DNA of 64,000 nt, from positions 14,995-78,994 of the forward strand of contig CBDBPL010000005.1 of the NCBI GenBank assembly GCA_965208685.1. Direction: 5' to 3'. Under the pieces are notes generated by a model. The model worked only from the letters and a program-made list of their open reading frames with translations. It made no database searches and was not told the origin of the DNA. Source of the stretch: Paracoccaceae bacterium. Lineage in GTDB: Bacteria > Pseudomonadota > Alphaproteobacteria > Rhodobacterales > Rhodobacteraceae. How positions within the stretch are numbered: position 1 is the first letter of the stretch; every line of letters starts with the position of its first letter. Of this stretch, positions 39,307-49,008 are shown piece after piece. The position numbers were made by a program, and so were the translations under genes.

Positions 39307-39858
39307 GTTCCGGAGCCACGCCCATTTGATCTTACTTGCTTCTCGCATTTGTAGGATCTCGTTTGGGCACTTTGACATGTCGAGCCACCCTATTTCTTTG
39401 AGCCTGCTGAATGTTTCAATGTACCATTCTTTGGATGGTGCCTTATCTTTGTCTTTGTAGCATTCGTCGTAGTATCGGAATAACCCATTCCTTATCATTT
39501 CAATTTCGTCAAAGGTGAGCCGAGAACTTCGACGAGATAGTACTTCGATCATGTTTTCCCGAAATGATTCGAACAAATTCTTTCGAAAACCATCCATGAT
39601 GACGGTGCTATCTACTCCGATATGAGACGTGTCGATGCTGAATAGTTCTAGCACAGCATAGGCACGAACCCATATCATATCGGAGATAAATTTTGCTTGT
39701 ACCTTTCTCTCGCGACGTCTTTGGAGAGCATCCATAATGCCAAAAGCTATCGCCAAAATGATGCCTGCTGCAACACCCGAAATGGCTTGGCTAACGATGT
39801 TGGCAAGTGTTCCGTCCATATCAATCACCCTAGGGTTTTCCGTAACTGCTCTCCACAA
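39214..39858 (-). CDS. hypothetical membrane-anchored protein whose 3' end now reads into IS copy 1
   Basis: TM helix ISGVAAGIILAIAFGIM in low-GC DNA. The ancestral ORF would end ...KWAWLRN-TGA, with the TGA now at 36962..36964 across the IS. The present ORF gains 30 IS-encoded codons. Confidence 0.5.
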   Translation of the reverse strand: MWRAVTENPRVIDMDGTLANIVSQAISGVAAGIILAIAFGIMDALQRRRERKVQAKFISDMIWVRAYAVLELFSIDTSHIGVDSTVIMDGFRKNLFESFRENMIEVLSRRSSRLTFDEIEMIRNGLFRYYDECYKDKDKAPSKEWYIETFSRLKEIGWLDMSKCPNEILQMREASKIKWAWLRNLSRPHTCIGDRVPVWRGHAGRPSPFRFAHA

Positions 39859-40109
39859 ATCATGCGATGACGCAAAAAAACGTTCCTAACTGGGTTTGCG
39901 CCTTTTCTGCCTTAGTCACGAATGACAATTCCACACCGACGATCGTGCCGATTGTAGCTTTCTGTGGTACTCACCAAGTGAATTCCGGTCTCGGAGTCAC
40001 GCCGTGAGTCACTTTCGTATTCAATGTCGGTTAACGCACAGGCCGGTGCGTGAAATTCACCCGGTTTTTTGCCATGTTCCCAAAAGGCCGGAATTAAATG
40101 GTTCTTGTT

Positions 40110-42442
40110 CTATCAACCTGCCACACCTGTATAGGTGATCCTATTCCCGCCTTTTCTCGCCGATGGCGTCACGCACCTGTATCGCCCAGTTGAGCCGTTC
40201 GAGCCCCTGCCAGACTTTCTTCGTGCCCGGAAGCGGCTGGCGAGGGTTTGGATGGGAGCCGACGAGGCGCCCGAGATCGATGACAACGGCGTGAATGTCG
40301 GGCACCTGCCCGGCGGGCATCCTGACGACATCCCGGTGGCCTTGAGATTCCAGCATCGTGTGAAGCAGGTCCACGTCCTCTTCAGGGAACACTTCGGTTG
40401 CCGGGGTTTCCGGGCGCTCCCGCGCGAGGACGGTGATGTCGGCGACGTGGACGGCGGTGACCGCGTCGAAGGCGAGGCACTTGCGCAGGTCGTCGGCGCT
40501 GTCCAGCCGGCGGTCCTTTATCCGGGTCCCGGTCTTGAGTGTCCGGAACCAGGTTTCAACTGTCCATCTCAGACGGTACCAGCCCAGCACGGTCGCGGCA
40601 TGCACGGCGTCGGCCTCGTCCTCCGCAGGGCGCTCGGTGGTCAGCAGCAGCCAGTGCAGCGGGTCGTCGCCGTCGGCCCCGGTCTCGGTGGCCGAGACGG
40701 CGAACATGGGCAGCGGGTCCGCGCCGCGGTCCCAGCGCGGCGGCACGATCCAGACTTCCGCCGTGCGGATCTCGAGGCGGGCCATGCGCTCCTTGCGCGC
40801 GCGGGGGCCGCCGGCGGCCGGGATCGTCAGCTCCGACACCGCGACGGGCGGCCGGGCCGCGACATGCTCCCACAGGCACGCCTTCCCGCCGCCGGGCACC
40901 GTCACGCGCTGCTGCGCCGAGCGGCTGGCGCGGACCAGCAGCGCGTCGCCGTCGTCCACGGCGTGGGCGAGCAGGTCCCAGAAGTCGCCCTCGCGGTCGC
41001 AGACGGAGACCACACGCGTGTCCGGGCAGGCCGCCGCGAGTTCCCGCGCCCGCCCGAGGCCCTCGACCCAGCGCCGGCTGTCCTCCTCGGGATCCTCCCG
41101 GAAGGCCGCGTCCATCGCGAACAGGCCGAGCGGCCGGCCCTCGGACGTCACCGCGAGCCCGGCGTGGGCGAGGATGCCGACGCTGCCCTTGCCGCCGCCG
41201 CCGATCCCGTCCAGGCCCGTCGTGGCCTCCAGGCCGGTGTAGTTCAGGGCCGTCGTGTCCTGTATCGCAAGGACCACGGGCTCCGCCCGGCAGCGGTCCG
41301 CGGTCGCCTCGAAATGCGGTTCCAGAACGTGCTCCATGGATATCCTCGGGTTCGACAGCAGGCGGTAGGCGGCCCTCTGCTCCGCCTTCGTCGGAAAGAT
41401 GACCGGCAGGTCTTCCCCCATGTTCTTCAGCCAGGACCGGCCCATGTCAACGATGCGTCGCCGCACCCGCCCGTCGGTGTGGCCCGTGCGACCGTACTCC
41501 CGCTCCGCCCAGTCCAGGTCCGTGCCGTCATACGCGCCGGCCAGCGCCCCGACCGGGCGGCGCACCGTCTTGCCGAGCGCCTTCCGCCAGCCGTCCTCGA
41601 GCGCCAGCACCCGCACCGTGCTGGCCTCGTTCCTGCGTCCGCCGGTCCGCCCGGCGACGGTCCAGCCCGCGCAATGGTAGCAGTAGCCGTCGTGCTCCGG
41701 GCCGACATGGGTGTAGGCCGCCACCGGGCGCACCGAATAGCGGGCCTCCCAGTCGTCAGCCACCCGCCGCGCGGCCATGCGCAGGATCTCGGACGCGAGG
41801 CCGTGGATACGCACGCCCGGGAGCAAAAGATAGCGATGGTTGCAGATCACGCGCCCGATGTTGGCGGCGCGGGCGTCGGCGGACCATCCGATCCACGCGT
41901 CGCGCGCCCGGAGCTGCCAGGCCGCCGAACCGAAGCCGATCCCGCCGAGGACGCCGTGGCGCTCCGAGCGGATCCAGTAGCGGACCTGGCCGCCTGGAGG
42001 CCGCGCCCATCCCAGCGGATGATGCGTCTCCATCATCGCCTCCCACAAGCGGCGGTCGTCGGCGTCGCCCACCAGGTCGAGCGAGACGGGGCCGAGATCC
42101 TCAAGCGCGCAGGCCAGCTTGGTGTCGGGAACGTCACCGGCCGGAACGGCGGGCGCGACGGCCGGATCCGGCACGTCGCGCGCCGGCGGAAGCTCGATCC
42201 CGATCCGCTCCGCGAGCGCCGGCAGCGCCGCCGCCGCCGCAGACAGGCACGGGCGGCCAAGGGCGTTGAGCCAGCCGGTGCGCTCGCACAGTTCGCGGGC
42301 CAGCGCATGCCGCGTGTGCTCGCCGGAGCGCAAGGCAACGGCCAGCCAGTCAAGCGTGCGCGAATCGAAATGGCGAAGGCCGACCTGCATGCCCGCGCCA
42401 TACAGGAATCGGATTACCTACACAAGTATGGCACTTTGAAAG
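40110..42442 (-). mobile_element. IS4/Tn5-like insertion sequence, copy 2 (2,333 bp), no target duplication
   Basis: Collinear with copy 1 with scattered substitutions; the right IR reads gattacctacacaagtatggcactttgaaag. The 9-bp flanks gttcttgtt and gccaacggc differ. Confidence 0.85.
40141..42390 (-). CDS. IS4-family transposase with DUF4338-like N-terminal extension, copy 2 (749 aa)
   Basis: Same architecture as 37005..39254 with a handful of amino-acid differences. Confidence 0.8.
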   Translation of the reverse strand: MQVGLRHFDSRTLDWLAVALRSGEHTRHALARELCERTGWLNALGRPCLSAAAAALPALAERIGIELPPARDVPDPAVAPAVPAGDVPDTKLACALEDLGPVSLDLVGDADDRRLWEAMMETHHPLGWARPPGGQVRYWIRSERHGVLGGIGFGSAAWQLRARDAWIGWSADARAANIGRVICNHRYLLLPGVRIHGLASEILRMAARRVADDWEARYSVRPVAAYTHVGPEHDGYCYHCAGWTVAGRTGGRRNEASTVRVLALEDGWRKALGKTVRRPVGALAGAYDGTDLDWAEREYGRTGHTDGRVRRRIVDMGRSWLKNMGEDLPVIFPTKAEQRAAYRLLSNPRISMEHVLEPHFEATADRCRAEPVVLAIQDTTALNYTGLEATTGLDGIGGGGKGSVGILAHAGLAVTSEGRPLGLFAMDAAFREDPEEDSRRWVEGLGRARELAAACPDTRVVSVCDREGDFWDLLAHAVDDGDALLVRASRSAQQRVTVPGGGKACLWEHVAARPPVAVSELTIPAAGGPRARKERMARLEIRTAEVWIVPPRWDRGADPLPMFAVSATETGADGDDPLHWLLLTTERPAEDEADAVHAATVLGWYRLRWTVETWFRTLKTGTRIKDRRLDSADDLRKCLAFDAVTAVHVADITVLARERPETPATEVFPEEDVDLLHTMLESQGHRDVVRMPAGQVPDIHAVVIDLGRLVGSHPNPRQPLPGTKKVWQGLERLNWAIQVRDAIGEKRRE

Positions 42443-42504
42443 GCCAACGGCACGGTCATCCCGGACAGTGTGTTCCCGCTATGGATGCCAACGGGCACTA
42501 GGCA

Positions 42505-43218
42505 TTAGAACGGGATTTCATCGTCGTCGCTGCTGTTGCTCTCATCACCATCAAAAGACCCTGGCAGTTCTTTTCGGGGCGGTTCGATCTCCCTTATCTT
42601 GATGGGCTTTGGGAGTTTTGGTTCGGCTTCTTTGGCATCGTCAATTAGGCCCATAATTTTCTCAAACCAAGGCCACCACGGTCGCGCACCTTCCCGTTCA
42701 AGAACAGCACTTAGGCCGGCAAGAGATCTCGCCAAATCAGCAAACCGATCAAATCGTGTTCGGTCTTTGCTGACCTCAACAGAAAGTTTGGCAAGTATTT
42801 CGAATAGGCTCTCCTTTTTCGATGGCGGCGCATTGGAATTCTCGACTTCGTCTCGAATCTTCTTGATGAAACGACGAATTTTCGTTTTTTGCACTTCAGT
42901 TAGACCGACAATCATGGCATTCTGGCGTCGGGATATTTCAATGCGAATTTGGACAATAACACTGTCAACTGCTCGCAAAAAATCATCAAAGTTGGCATTA
43001 TGAGCATTCAAATCCCTAGTGTCCACCGCAAAGCCCGATAAAGATTCAATCTCAAGCGCTTTCGCAGCAGCAAGAACCTTGTTCATGTAGTCGGCAGAAA
43101 GGTACGACCAGTTTGAGTTTTGGTCCTCTTGGCGATTTTCCAGTTCGTTGCGAAACTCGCGCTCAAGCTGCAGAAATGCAACATGATCATCGTCAGAAAT
43201 TTGTTCGTACAGGTCCAT
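42505..43218 (-). CDS. hypothetical helical protein ending in an SSB-type acidic C-terminal tip
   Basis: ATG 43218 (MDLYEQI) is preceded by ggaggga. Helical, charged body, then a Pro/Lys-rich linker AEPKLPKPIKIREIEPPRKELPGSFDGDESNSS and the terminal DDDEIPF-stop. Low-GC DNA. Confidence 0.55.
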   Translation of the reverse strand: MDLYEQISDDDHVAFLQLEREFRNELENRQEDQNSNWSYLSADYMNKVLAAAKALEIESLSGFAVDTRDLNAHNANFDDFLRAVDSVIVQIRIEISRRQNAMIVGLTEVQKTKIRRFIKKIRDEVENSNAPPSKKESLFEILAKLSVEVSKDRTRFDRFADLARSLAGLSAVLEREGARPWWPWFEKIMGLIDDAKEAEPKLPKPIKIREIEPPRKELPGSFDGDESNSSDDDEIPF

Positions 43219-43561
43219 CCATCGTCCCTCCATCCAATTCCAGACACCAATTTAAGGCAGAGGCGCGTTAGTGCAACAACGTTCCCTGCGCCGGTCCTAT
43301 GTGAATGTGATCGTCGCGAATCTTCGTGTGGTCCGTTGACCGACGACAATCTCCTTTCGAGTTGCTGCGCATGGCAAAGGCTCCGAATATCTCATTTGAT
43401 GGCGTTGCATGGTGTCCGCAAGCCAGGGCAGATGTTGAGTTTAGGACGCATGTTGCATGCAAGCGGAGGACGGACCACGTGCGGATGCAATGTGGTGACG
43501 CCATGGTTGGCACCAAGCCGCTAGTGCGACAATTAACGTGCGAGGTGTTGTTTGCGTTGTC

Positions 43562-43905
43562 CGCACCAGTCTGGGTTCCGCGTCGCTCGAACCGGAGGCC
43601 GCGATGGAGGATTGCAAGAGCGTTGCGGGCGTGGAGCGTGCCTTCCGAGTGCTCAAAGCATCCCGGCGGAAGCATCCGGCCGGTGCACGCCTATTCTGAG
43701 GATCATGTCCGCGTACACGTGTCCCTGTGCGTGCTGGCCTCCCATGTGCAGTGGCACGTGTGCAGGCGTCTTGCACCGCTCCTGTTCGAAGACGACGATC
43801 GCGAGGGTGCCCGGGTGCGGCGGAGGTCGCCAGTGGAGCTGGCTAGCGACCGGAACGGACGGTCGATCGGAATGTCGCCTGCACGGGGAGCTACGTCTTT
43901 ATCGT
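43562..43905 (+). pseudogene. IS1634/IS4-type transposase C-terminal relic (frameshifted)
   Basis: ...SVAGVERAFRVLKA..., then shifted IRPVHAYSEDHVRVHVSLCVLASHVQWHVCRRLAPLLFEDDD...SPVELA. Compare the pattern VERAFRSLK..IRPVxHxxxDRVRAHVFLCMLAYYVEWHMRxxLAPLLF. Confidence 0.45.
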
Positions 43906-44057
43906 TTGTAAATTCCGCTGCGCCTAGTTTGAAGTAATCCAGCGAGATTGGGTCGACCGTCAGATCACGGACATTCCATTCCGGTCCGGCGGCGCATCGC
44001 AGCCACATTCTTGATGGGTCCTGCGCTCGAATGATGAACACGTTGGGCAGGTCGATT

Positions 44058-44306
44058 TCACGCCCGATGCAGTTTCAGGTTCCCCGTGTACTCGCATGCC
44101 GGGTAGTTCGAGCATCCGAGGAAGCGACCGAACCTCCCCATCTTGGTCTCCAGCCAGCCTTCGCAGTCCGGGCATGCCTCGATCGAAGCCGCGCAGTCGC
44201 GGCAGCGAAACCCGTCGCCTGACCTGACAGGCAGGCCGGTGCCGCACTTCGGGCACGGGCGCCCCGTGTGCTCGCAATGGGGCCAGTTCGAACAGCCGTA
44301 GAAGAT
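44058..44306 (-). pseudogene. C-terminal fragment of the disrupted helicase IV-like gene (topoisomerase-type zinc fingers)
   Basis: (I)FYGCSNWPHCEHTGRPCPKCG...FLGCSNYPACEYTG. Joins in frame to ...ARDGTIF at 62947 once 44307..62946 and one copy of aagat are removed. Confidence 0.75.
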
Positions 44307-44343
44307 CACAGGTCCTGACCCCGCACCTTTCCCGGCTCATTTT

Positions 44344-45372
44344 TCATGAAGCATCTTCGCCGGGTTCGGCCCCGTTTTCGGGAAGCTCGTAGACCAGGCG
44401 CAGTCCGGTTCCGGGGAAGACCGTTCCGGTCCGGTTGAGCTCGTCGAGCAGCCCGGCGATCGCGGCGTCGCCGGCGTTGCTGGCGGTGCCGAGGATGCGC
44501 ACCCGCAGGATGCCGTTCTCCGGGTCCGGGACGATGTCGGCCTCCGACCGGAACAGCTCCGCGAGGGGACGGCGCGGTCGGCGCTTGCCGCCCTGGGCCG
44601 CCGCGACGGCGGGCATCATCCTGGTCTCGGCCCGGTAGGCGATCATGCGGATCACGTCGAGGAGCAGCCTCTCGCCGGAGGGCAGCGCGTCGAGCATCTC
44701 GTCCTCGCCGAGTTCCGCGGCCCTGACATGCGTGGGCACCTCCCTGCGCTGCAGCTTGAGCGCCTCGCGCTCGGCGTCGAGCGTCCCGATCTCGGCCGCG
44801 ACCCTTTCGGCCGACCTGGCGGCCGCGTCGGAGGGCGCGCCCCGGAGCAGGTCGGCGACGCGGTTGCGCAGCGTGCCGAGCCTGCTCCGCATCCGGTTGA
44901 TCCGGCGGTCCAGCTCGCGCCGGGCCGGGTTGACGACGCGCGCGTCGGGATCCAGCCCGGCCAGGCCGTGGACCGGCAACCCGTCCAGGTTGAACTCCTC
45001 GCGCATGTACTTGAAGAAGCTCTCCCGCGCCCATCGCGAGAACAGGGCGCCTGCGGCCTGTTCCATCGGCACGCCGAAGTCCGTGGTCACGAGCGGGACC
45101 TGCCGGCCCGTGTCCAGCAGGCGGCGGATCTGGCGCACCTCGGGCCCGTCCCTCAGACGGATCCGCCGCTCGGCGAGCCGGACCTCGGCGGACTGCACGC
45201 CGCCGGGGCCGTGGAGCGGCGCCGCGACGGCGCGGAACTCCTCCTCCGGCCAGTCCTCGCCCCTGAAGCCCTTGTGCCAGGTGATCACCGCGATGCCGCG
45301 GCGGGCGAGGCGCTTGAACAGCGCCGGGCTCCATCCCTCCCGGTCGAAGACCAGCGTCAGCGCGGGCGTGGC
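44344..45372 (-). pseudogene. C-terminal part of the outer IS transposase (split by the IS21-like element)
   Basis: ...ATPALTLVFDREGWSPALFKRL...LVTTDFGVPMEQAAGALFSRWARESFFKYMREEF... The codons for AT are duplicated at both junctions (TSD cgtggc). Confidence 0.7.
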
Positions 45373-45486
45373 TGTGGAGTCGCGTTGAAAATTGACCCAC
45401 TTCGGGGGGTGATTCGCGTCCAAATTTGACCCACCCCAAATCAGGTGGAAACGCCTGCCTCGCAACGAATCAGCGAGGCAGTGGAG

Positions 45487-46992
45487 ATGGTGTCAGTGGA
45501 GACGATCGGCAAGATACGGCGTGCGTGGCACGTTCACGGGAGGTCCATTCGCTCGATCGCGAGGTCGATGGGCGTTTCGCGCAACACGGTCCGCAAGGTG
45601 CTGCGGTCCGACGGGTCGGCGCCGAAGTACCAGCGTTCGGACCAGCCGCACGCGAAGCTCGGCGACTTCATTCCGGAGCTTGAGCGGAAGCTGGAGGCCA
45701 ACAAGGGGAAGAAGCCGCGCGACCGCCTGAGCATGAAGCGGATCTGGCGGCAGCTCGCGGACCAGGGATGCGACGCGAGCTACAGCGCGGTCTGCCGCTA
45801 CGCGGCCGCGTGGGACCGGCGCAATGGCGGCGGCGTGTCGGGCGCCCACGTTCCGCTGGAGTTCGATCCCGGGGAGGCCTTCCAGTTCGACTGGAGCCAT
45901 GAATGGGCGGTCATCGGCGGCACGACGATGCGGCTCAGGGTGGCGCACATGCGCCTTTGCCACAGCCGCATGAGCTACGTTCGGGCGTACCTGCGCGAGA
46001 CCCAGGAGATGGTCTTCGACGCCCACAACCGGGCGTTCGGGGCGTTCGGAGGCTCGTGCCAGCGGGGAATCTACGACAACATGAAGACGGTCGTGGACGT
46101 CATCTTCGCGGGGCGGACGCGCAAGTTCAACGCCCGCTTCCTGGAGATGTGCGGGCACTTCCTCGTGGAGCCGGTGGCCTGCACGCCGAACGCGGCGTGG
46201 GAGAAGGGCCAGGTCGAGAGCCAGGTCCGCGACGTTCGCGAACGGCTGTTCCGCGAGCCGCCGCGCTTCGACAGCCTCGACGACCTGAACGACTGGCTCG
46301 AGGAGAGCTGTCGCAGGCATGCGCGGGAGCATCCGCATCCCGAAGATCCGGAGATGACGGTCCGGGAGGTGTTCGCGTGCGAGGAGCGCCGCTGCCTGAT
46401 CCCCTTTCCGGGGGCCTTCGACGGCCATCGGTCGCTGGGCCGGAGCGTCTCGAAGACCTGCCTGGTGCACTTCGACGGCAACCGGTACAGCGTCGAGGCG
46501 CGCGCGTCCGAGCAGGCGGCGGAGGTGTTTGCCTACGCGGACCGGGTCGACATCCGCCTTGACGGCGAGCTGGTCGGCAGCCACCCGCGCAGCTTCGCTC
46601 GGGGCAGGACGGTCTACGACTGGCTCCACTACCTGCCCGTGCTCGAACGCAAGCCCGGCGCGCTGCGCAACGGCGCCCCGTTCCGGAACGGGGCCCTGCC
46701 GGAGGCGCTGGAGGCGGTGAGGGGCCGGCTCGGCGCCTTCGAGGACGGCGACCGGCAGATGGTGCGAATCCTCGCGGCGGTGTCCGAGGACGGGCTCGAC
46801 GAGGTGTGCGCGGCCTGCGCCGACGCGCTGGACGGCGGCGCCGTCTCCGCCGACGTGGTCCTGAACATCCTGTCGCGACGGCGCGATCCCGGTCCGGCGC
46901 CAAGGATCGAGCTTCCCGAGCGCTTTCGCCTGAGCGTCGAGCCGGAAGCCGACTGCAGCCGCTATGACAGCCTGAGGGAGATGCGGGAATGA
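45487..46992 (+). CDS. istA: IS21-family transposase IstA
   Basis: N-terminal HTH ([19 protein letters not shown]), DDE core and typical IstA length. Overlaps istB by 4 nt. Confidence 0.9.
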   Translation: MVSVETIGKIRRAWHVHGRSIRSIARSMGVSRNTVRKVLRSDGSAPKYQRSDQPHAKLGDFIPELERKLEANKGKKPRDRLSMKRIWRQLADQGCDASYSAVCRYAAAWDRRNGGGVSGAHVPLEFDPGEAFQFDWSHEWAVIGGTTMRLRVAHMRLCHSRMSYVRAYLRETQEMVFDAHNRAFGAFGGSCQRGIYDNMKTVVDVIFAGRTRKFNARFLEMCGHFLVEPVACTPNAAWEKGQVESQVRDVRERLFREPPRFDSLDDLNDWLEESCRRHAREHPHPEDPEMTVREVFACEERRCLIPFPGAFDGHRSLGRSVSKTCLVHFDGNRYSVEARASEQAAEVFAYADRVDIRLDGELVGSHPRSFARGRTVYDWLHYLPVLERKPGALRNGAPFRNGALPEALEAVRGRLGAFEDGDRQMVRILAAVSEDGLDEVCAACADALDGGAVSADVVLNILSRRRDPGPAPRIELPERFRLSVEPEADCSRYDSLREMRE

Positions 46993-47717
46993 GACGCAAG
47001 GACATCCTGGAACTGATGGGCGCGCTCGGCCTGAAAGGCATGAAGGCCGCCTACGACGAGGTGCTCGCCGACGCCGCCAGGCGCAGCCATCCCCCGGAGC
47101 GGGTTCTCGGCACGCTGCTGAAGGCGGAGGTCGCGGACAAGAAGGCGCGCTCGATCAAGTACCAGCTGTCTGTCGCCAAGCTGCCGACGGCGAAGGAGCT
47201 CGACGGGTTCGACTTCACGCAGAGCCTTGTCGAGGAGCGGCCGCTGCGCCAGCTCGCGGACGGTTCCTTCCTCGATCCGCCGCGCAACATTGTCGCGATC
47301 GGCGGAACCGGCACGGGCAAGAGTCATATTGCCGTGGCCATCGCACGGGCCTGCATCCGCCGCGGCTGCCGGGGCCGATTCTTCAACGCCGTCGAGCTGG
47401 TCAACCTCCTGGAGCAGGAGCAGCGCGACGGCCGCCAGGGCCGTCTCGCCGACGCCATGCGCCGGCGGGACTTCATCATCATTGACGAACTCGGCTACCT
47501 GCCCTTCGCCCGCACCGGCGGGCACCTCCTGTTCCACTTCGTCTCCTGCCTCTACGAGCACACGCCGATGGTCATCACCACGAACCTCCCGTTCAAGGAA
47601 TGGGCCGAGGTGTTCGGGGACCCGCGGATGACCACGGCCCTGCTCGACCGGCTCACCCATCACTGCGACATAATCGAGACCGGGAACGAGAGCTGGCGGT
47701 TCCGGCACCGCAGCTGA
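46989..47717 (+). CDS. istB: IS21-family helper ATPase IstB
   Basis: Walker [16 protein letters not shown], Walker [13 protein letters not shown] and a typical IstB C-terminus. Confidence 0.9.
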   Translation: MRRKDILELMGALGLKGMKAAYDEVLADAARRSHPPERVLGTLLKAEVADKKARSIKYQLSVAKLPTAKELDGFDFTQSLVEERPLRQLADGSFLDPPRNIVAIGGTGTGKSHIAVAIARACIRRGCRGRFFNAVELVNLLEQEQRDGRQGRLADAMRRRDFIIIDELGYLPFARTGGHLLFHFVSCLYEHTPMVITTNLPFKEWAEVFGDPRMTTALLDRLTHHCDIIETGNESWRFRHRS

Positions 47718-47753
47718 ACGCCCGCCGCGGGATCGCGGGCGGGGCGGCACCCG

Positions 47754-48707
47754 TCACGCCTCGCCTTCGGGCCGTTCGCTCCAGACCGGCTCGCCCGCCG
47801 TCTCCCGCACGAGCAGGTCGTTCCAGTCCTCGCCCTCGACCGCCGGACGGCAGCGGACGACCCGGGGATCGGTCCGGGCGAGCCTGGCGGCGGCCGCGTC
47901 CCCCGCCCGGTCGGCGTCGTAGCCGCAGAGGATCCGGCGCAGGCGCCAGCCGTCCAGCCAGCGCGGGACCGATGTCGCGACGCCGGCGGCGGACACCGCC
48001 GCGAAGCCGCCGGATCCGGCCCACGGGAAGCTCCGCAGCGTCAGCACCGACAGCGCGTCGATCGCGCTCTCGACGAGAACCGCACGCTCCGGAGGAGCGC
48101 CGTCCAGCGCCATCCAGAACCCGCCCGACGCCTTCGACGATCCCGGCGCCATGGCCTTGAACGCGGCATCGCCGCCGCGGCGCCGGAGGCCGACGATCTC
48201 CGCTCCGGCCGCCTTGCCCGAGACGTCGCGGGAAACGAAGACCGCGTTCCCGCGGCGGTCCGCGTAGACCAGCCCGCGGGCGTGGCAGACCTGGAGCAGC
48301 ATCCCGCCGATGCCGCGTTCCGTGACGAGGTGATCGCGCACCTCGGGCCAGGAGGCCTGCGACCGGGCCGGGAGGTCGAGCCGCCGCCGGACTGCCGGAG
48401 CAGCCGCGCCGTCCCGGCGGTGCGGGCTGCAGAAGCGAAGCCCCTGCGCCGACAGGAAGGCGACGGCATCGCGGAAACCGTCACCGTGAGCGTGCATCAC
48501 CAGGCTGATCGCACCGCCGCCGCCCGTCCCGGACATGTGGTCGAAATACTTCTCGCCGTTGATGCTCAGGACGGATCCCGGCCGCTTCCAGCGCGCCTTG
48601 TCCCTCACGTCGCGGCGGTAGCCAAGCGCCGTCGCGACCCTGTCCAGAGGCAGCGATCGCGCGGTCGCCACCAGTCCATGCCAGTCAGCCTGGTCAAGCG
48701 TTCCCAT
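47754..48707 (-). CDS. DUF3991/Toprim-domain protein (TraC-primase-like), passenger inside the IS21-like element
   Basis: WKRPGSVLSINGEKYFDHMSGTGGGGAISLVMH (DUF3991-like) and AVLVESAIDALSV...CGYDADRAGD (Toprim). Lies between istB and the IS21 right-end repeats. Confidence 0.7.
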   Translation of the reverse strand: MGTLDQADWHGLVATARSLPLDRVATALGYRRDVRDKARWKRPGSVLSINGEKYFDHMSGTGGGGAISLVMHAHGDGFRDAVAFLSAQGLRFCSPHRRDGAAAPAVRRRLDLPARSQASWPEVRDHLVTERGIGGMLLQVCHARGLVYADRRGNAVFVSRDVSGKAAGAEIVGLRRRGGDAAFKAMAPGSSKASGGFWMALDGAPPERAVLVESAIDALSVLTLRSFPWAGSGGFAAVSAAGVATSVPRWLDGWRLRRILCGYDADRAGDAAAARLARTDPRVVRCRPAVEGEDWNDLLVRETAGEPVWSERPEGEA

Positions 48708-48830
48708 CTTCCCGTTCTCCCCGAGCCAAAACCCAACGCCGGAGCGGAATGCCCGGCAGGAGAATTGCTACTTGGAAAGGGAAGAGGCGGAAGGTGGGTC
48801 AAAATTGAACGCGATTCCTGGGTCAGTTTT

Positions 48831-48921
48831 GAACTTAATCTGAACTGCATTCTAATGTTGAGTAAGTGAGCTTAAGCCTCTGGAATCCCGAGATTCCAGA
48901 GGCTGATTTCTTGCCATTACG
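48831..48921 (+). repeat. RIT-1 left terminal inverted repeat (91 bp)
   Basis: Exact reverse complement of 61403..61493. Contains the hairpin cctctggaatc-ccga-gattccagagg. Confidence 0.9.
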
Positions 48922-49008
48922 GATTGCTTGCTGAGCCTGACAAATGGAAGGTTCCTCTGTTGATGGGCGTGGCCGCTTCCAGGCCATGTCACTTTTGAGG
49001 AGGACAAC

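Noticed and set aside
36999-39329. Very long plus-strand ORFs (776 and 788 aa at 36999..39329 and 40135..42501; also 774 aa at 53876..56200 and 57006..59330, 606 aa at 15816..17636, and 463 aa at 11847..13238)
   Set aside because: They lie exactly antisense to well-supported genes (transposases, SNF2 helicases). They have Arg/Pro/Gly/Ala-rich low-complexity translations typical of shadow ORFs in GC-rich DNA, and they show no recognisable motifs.
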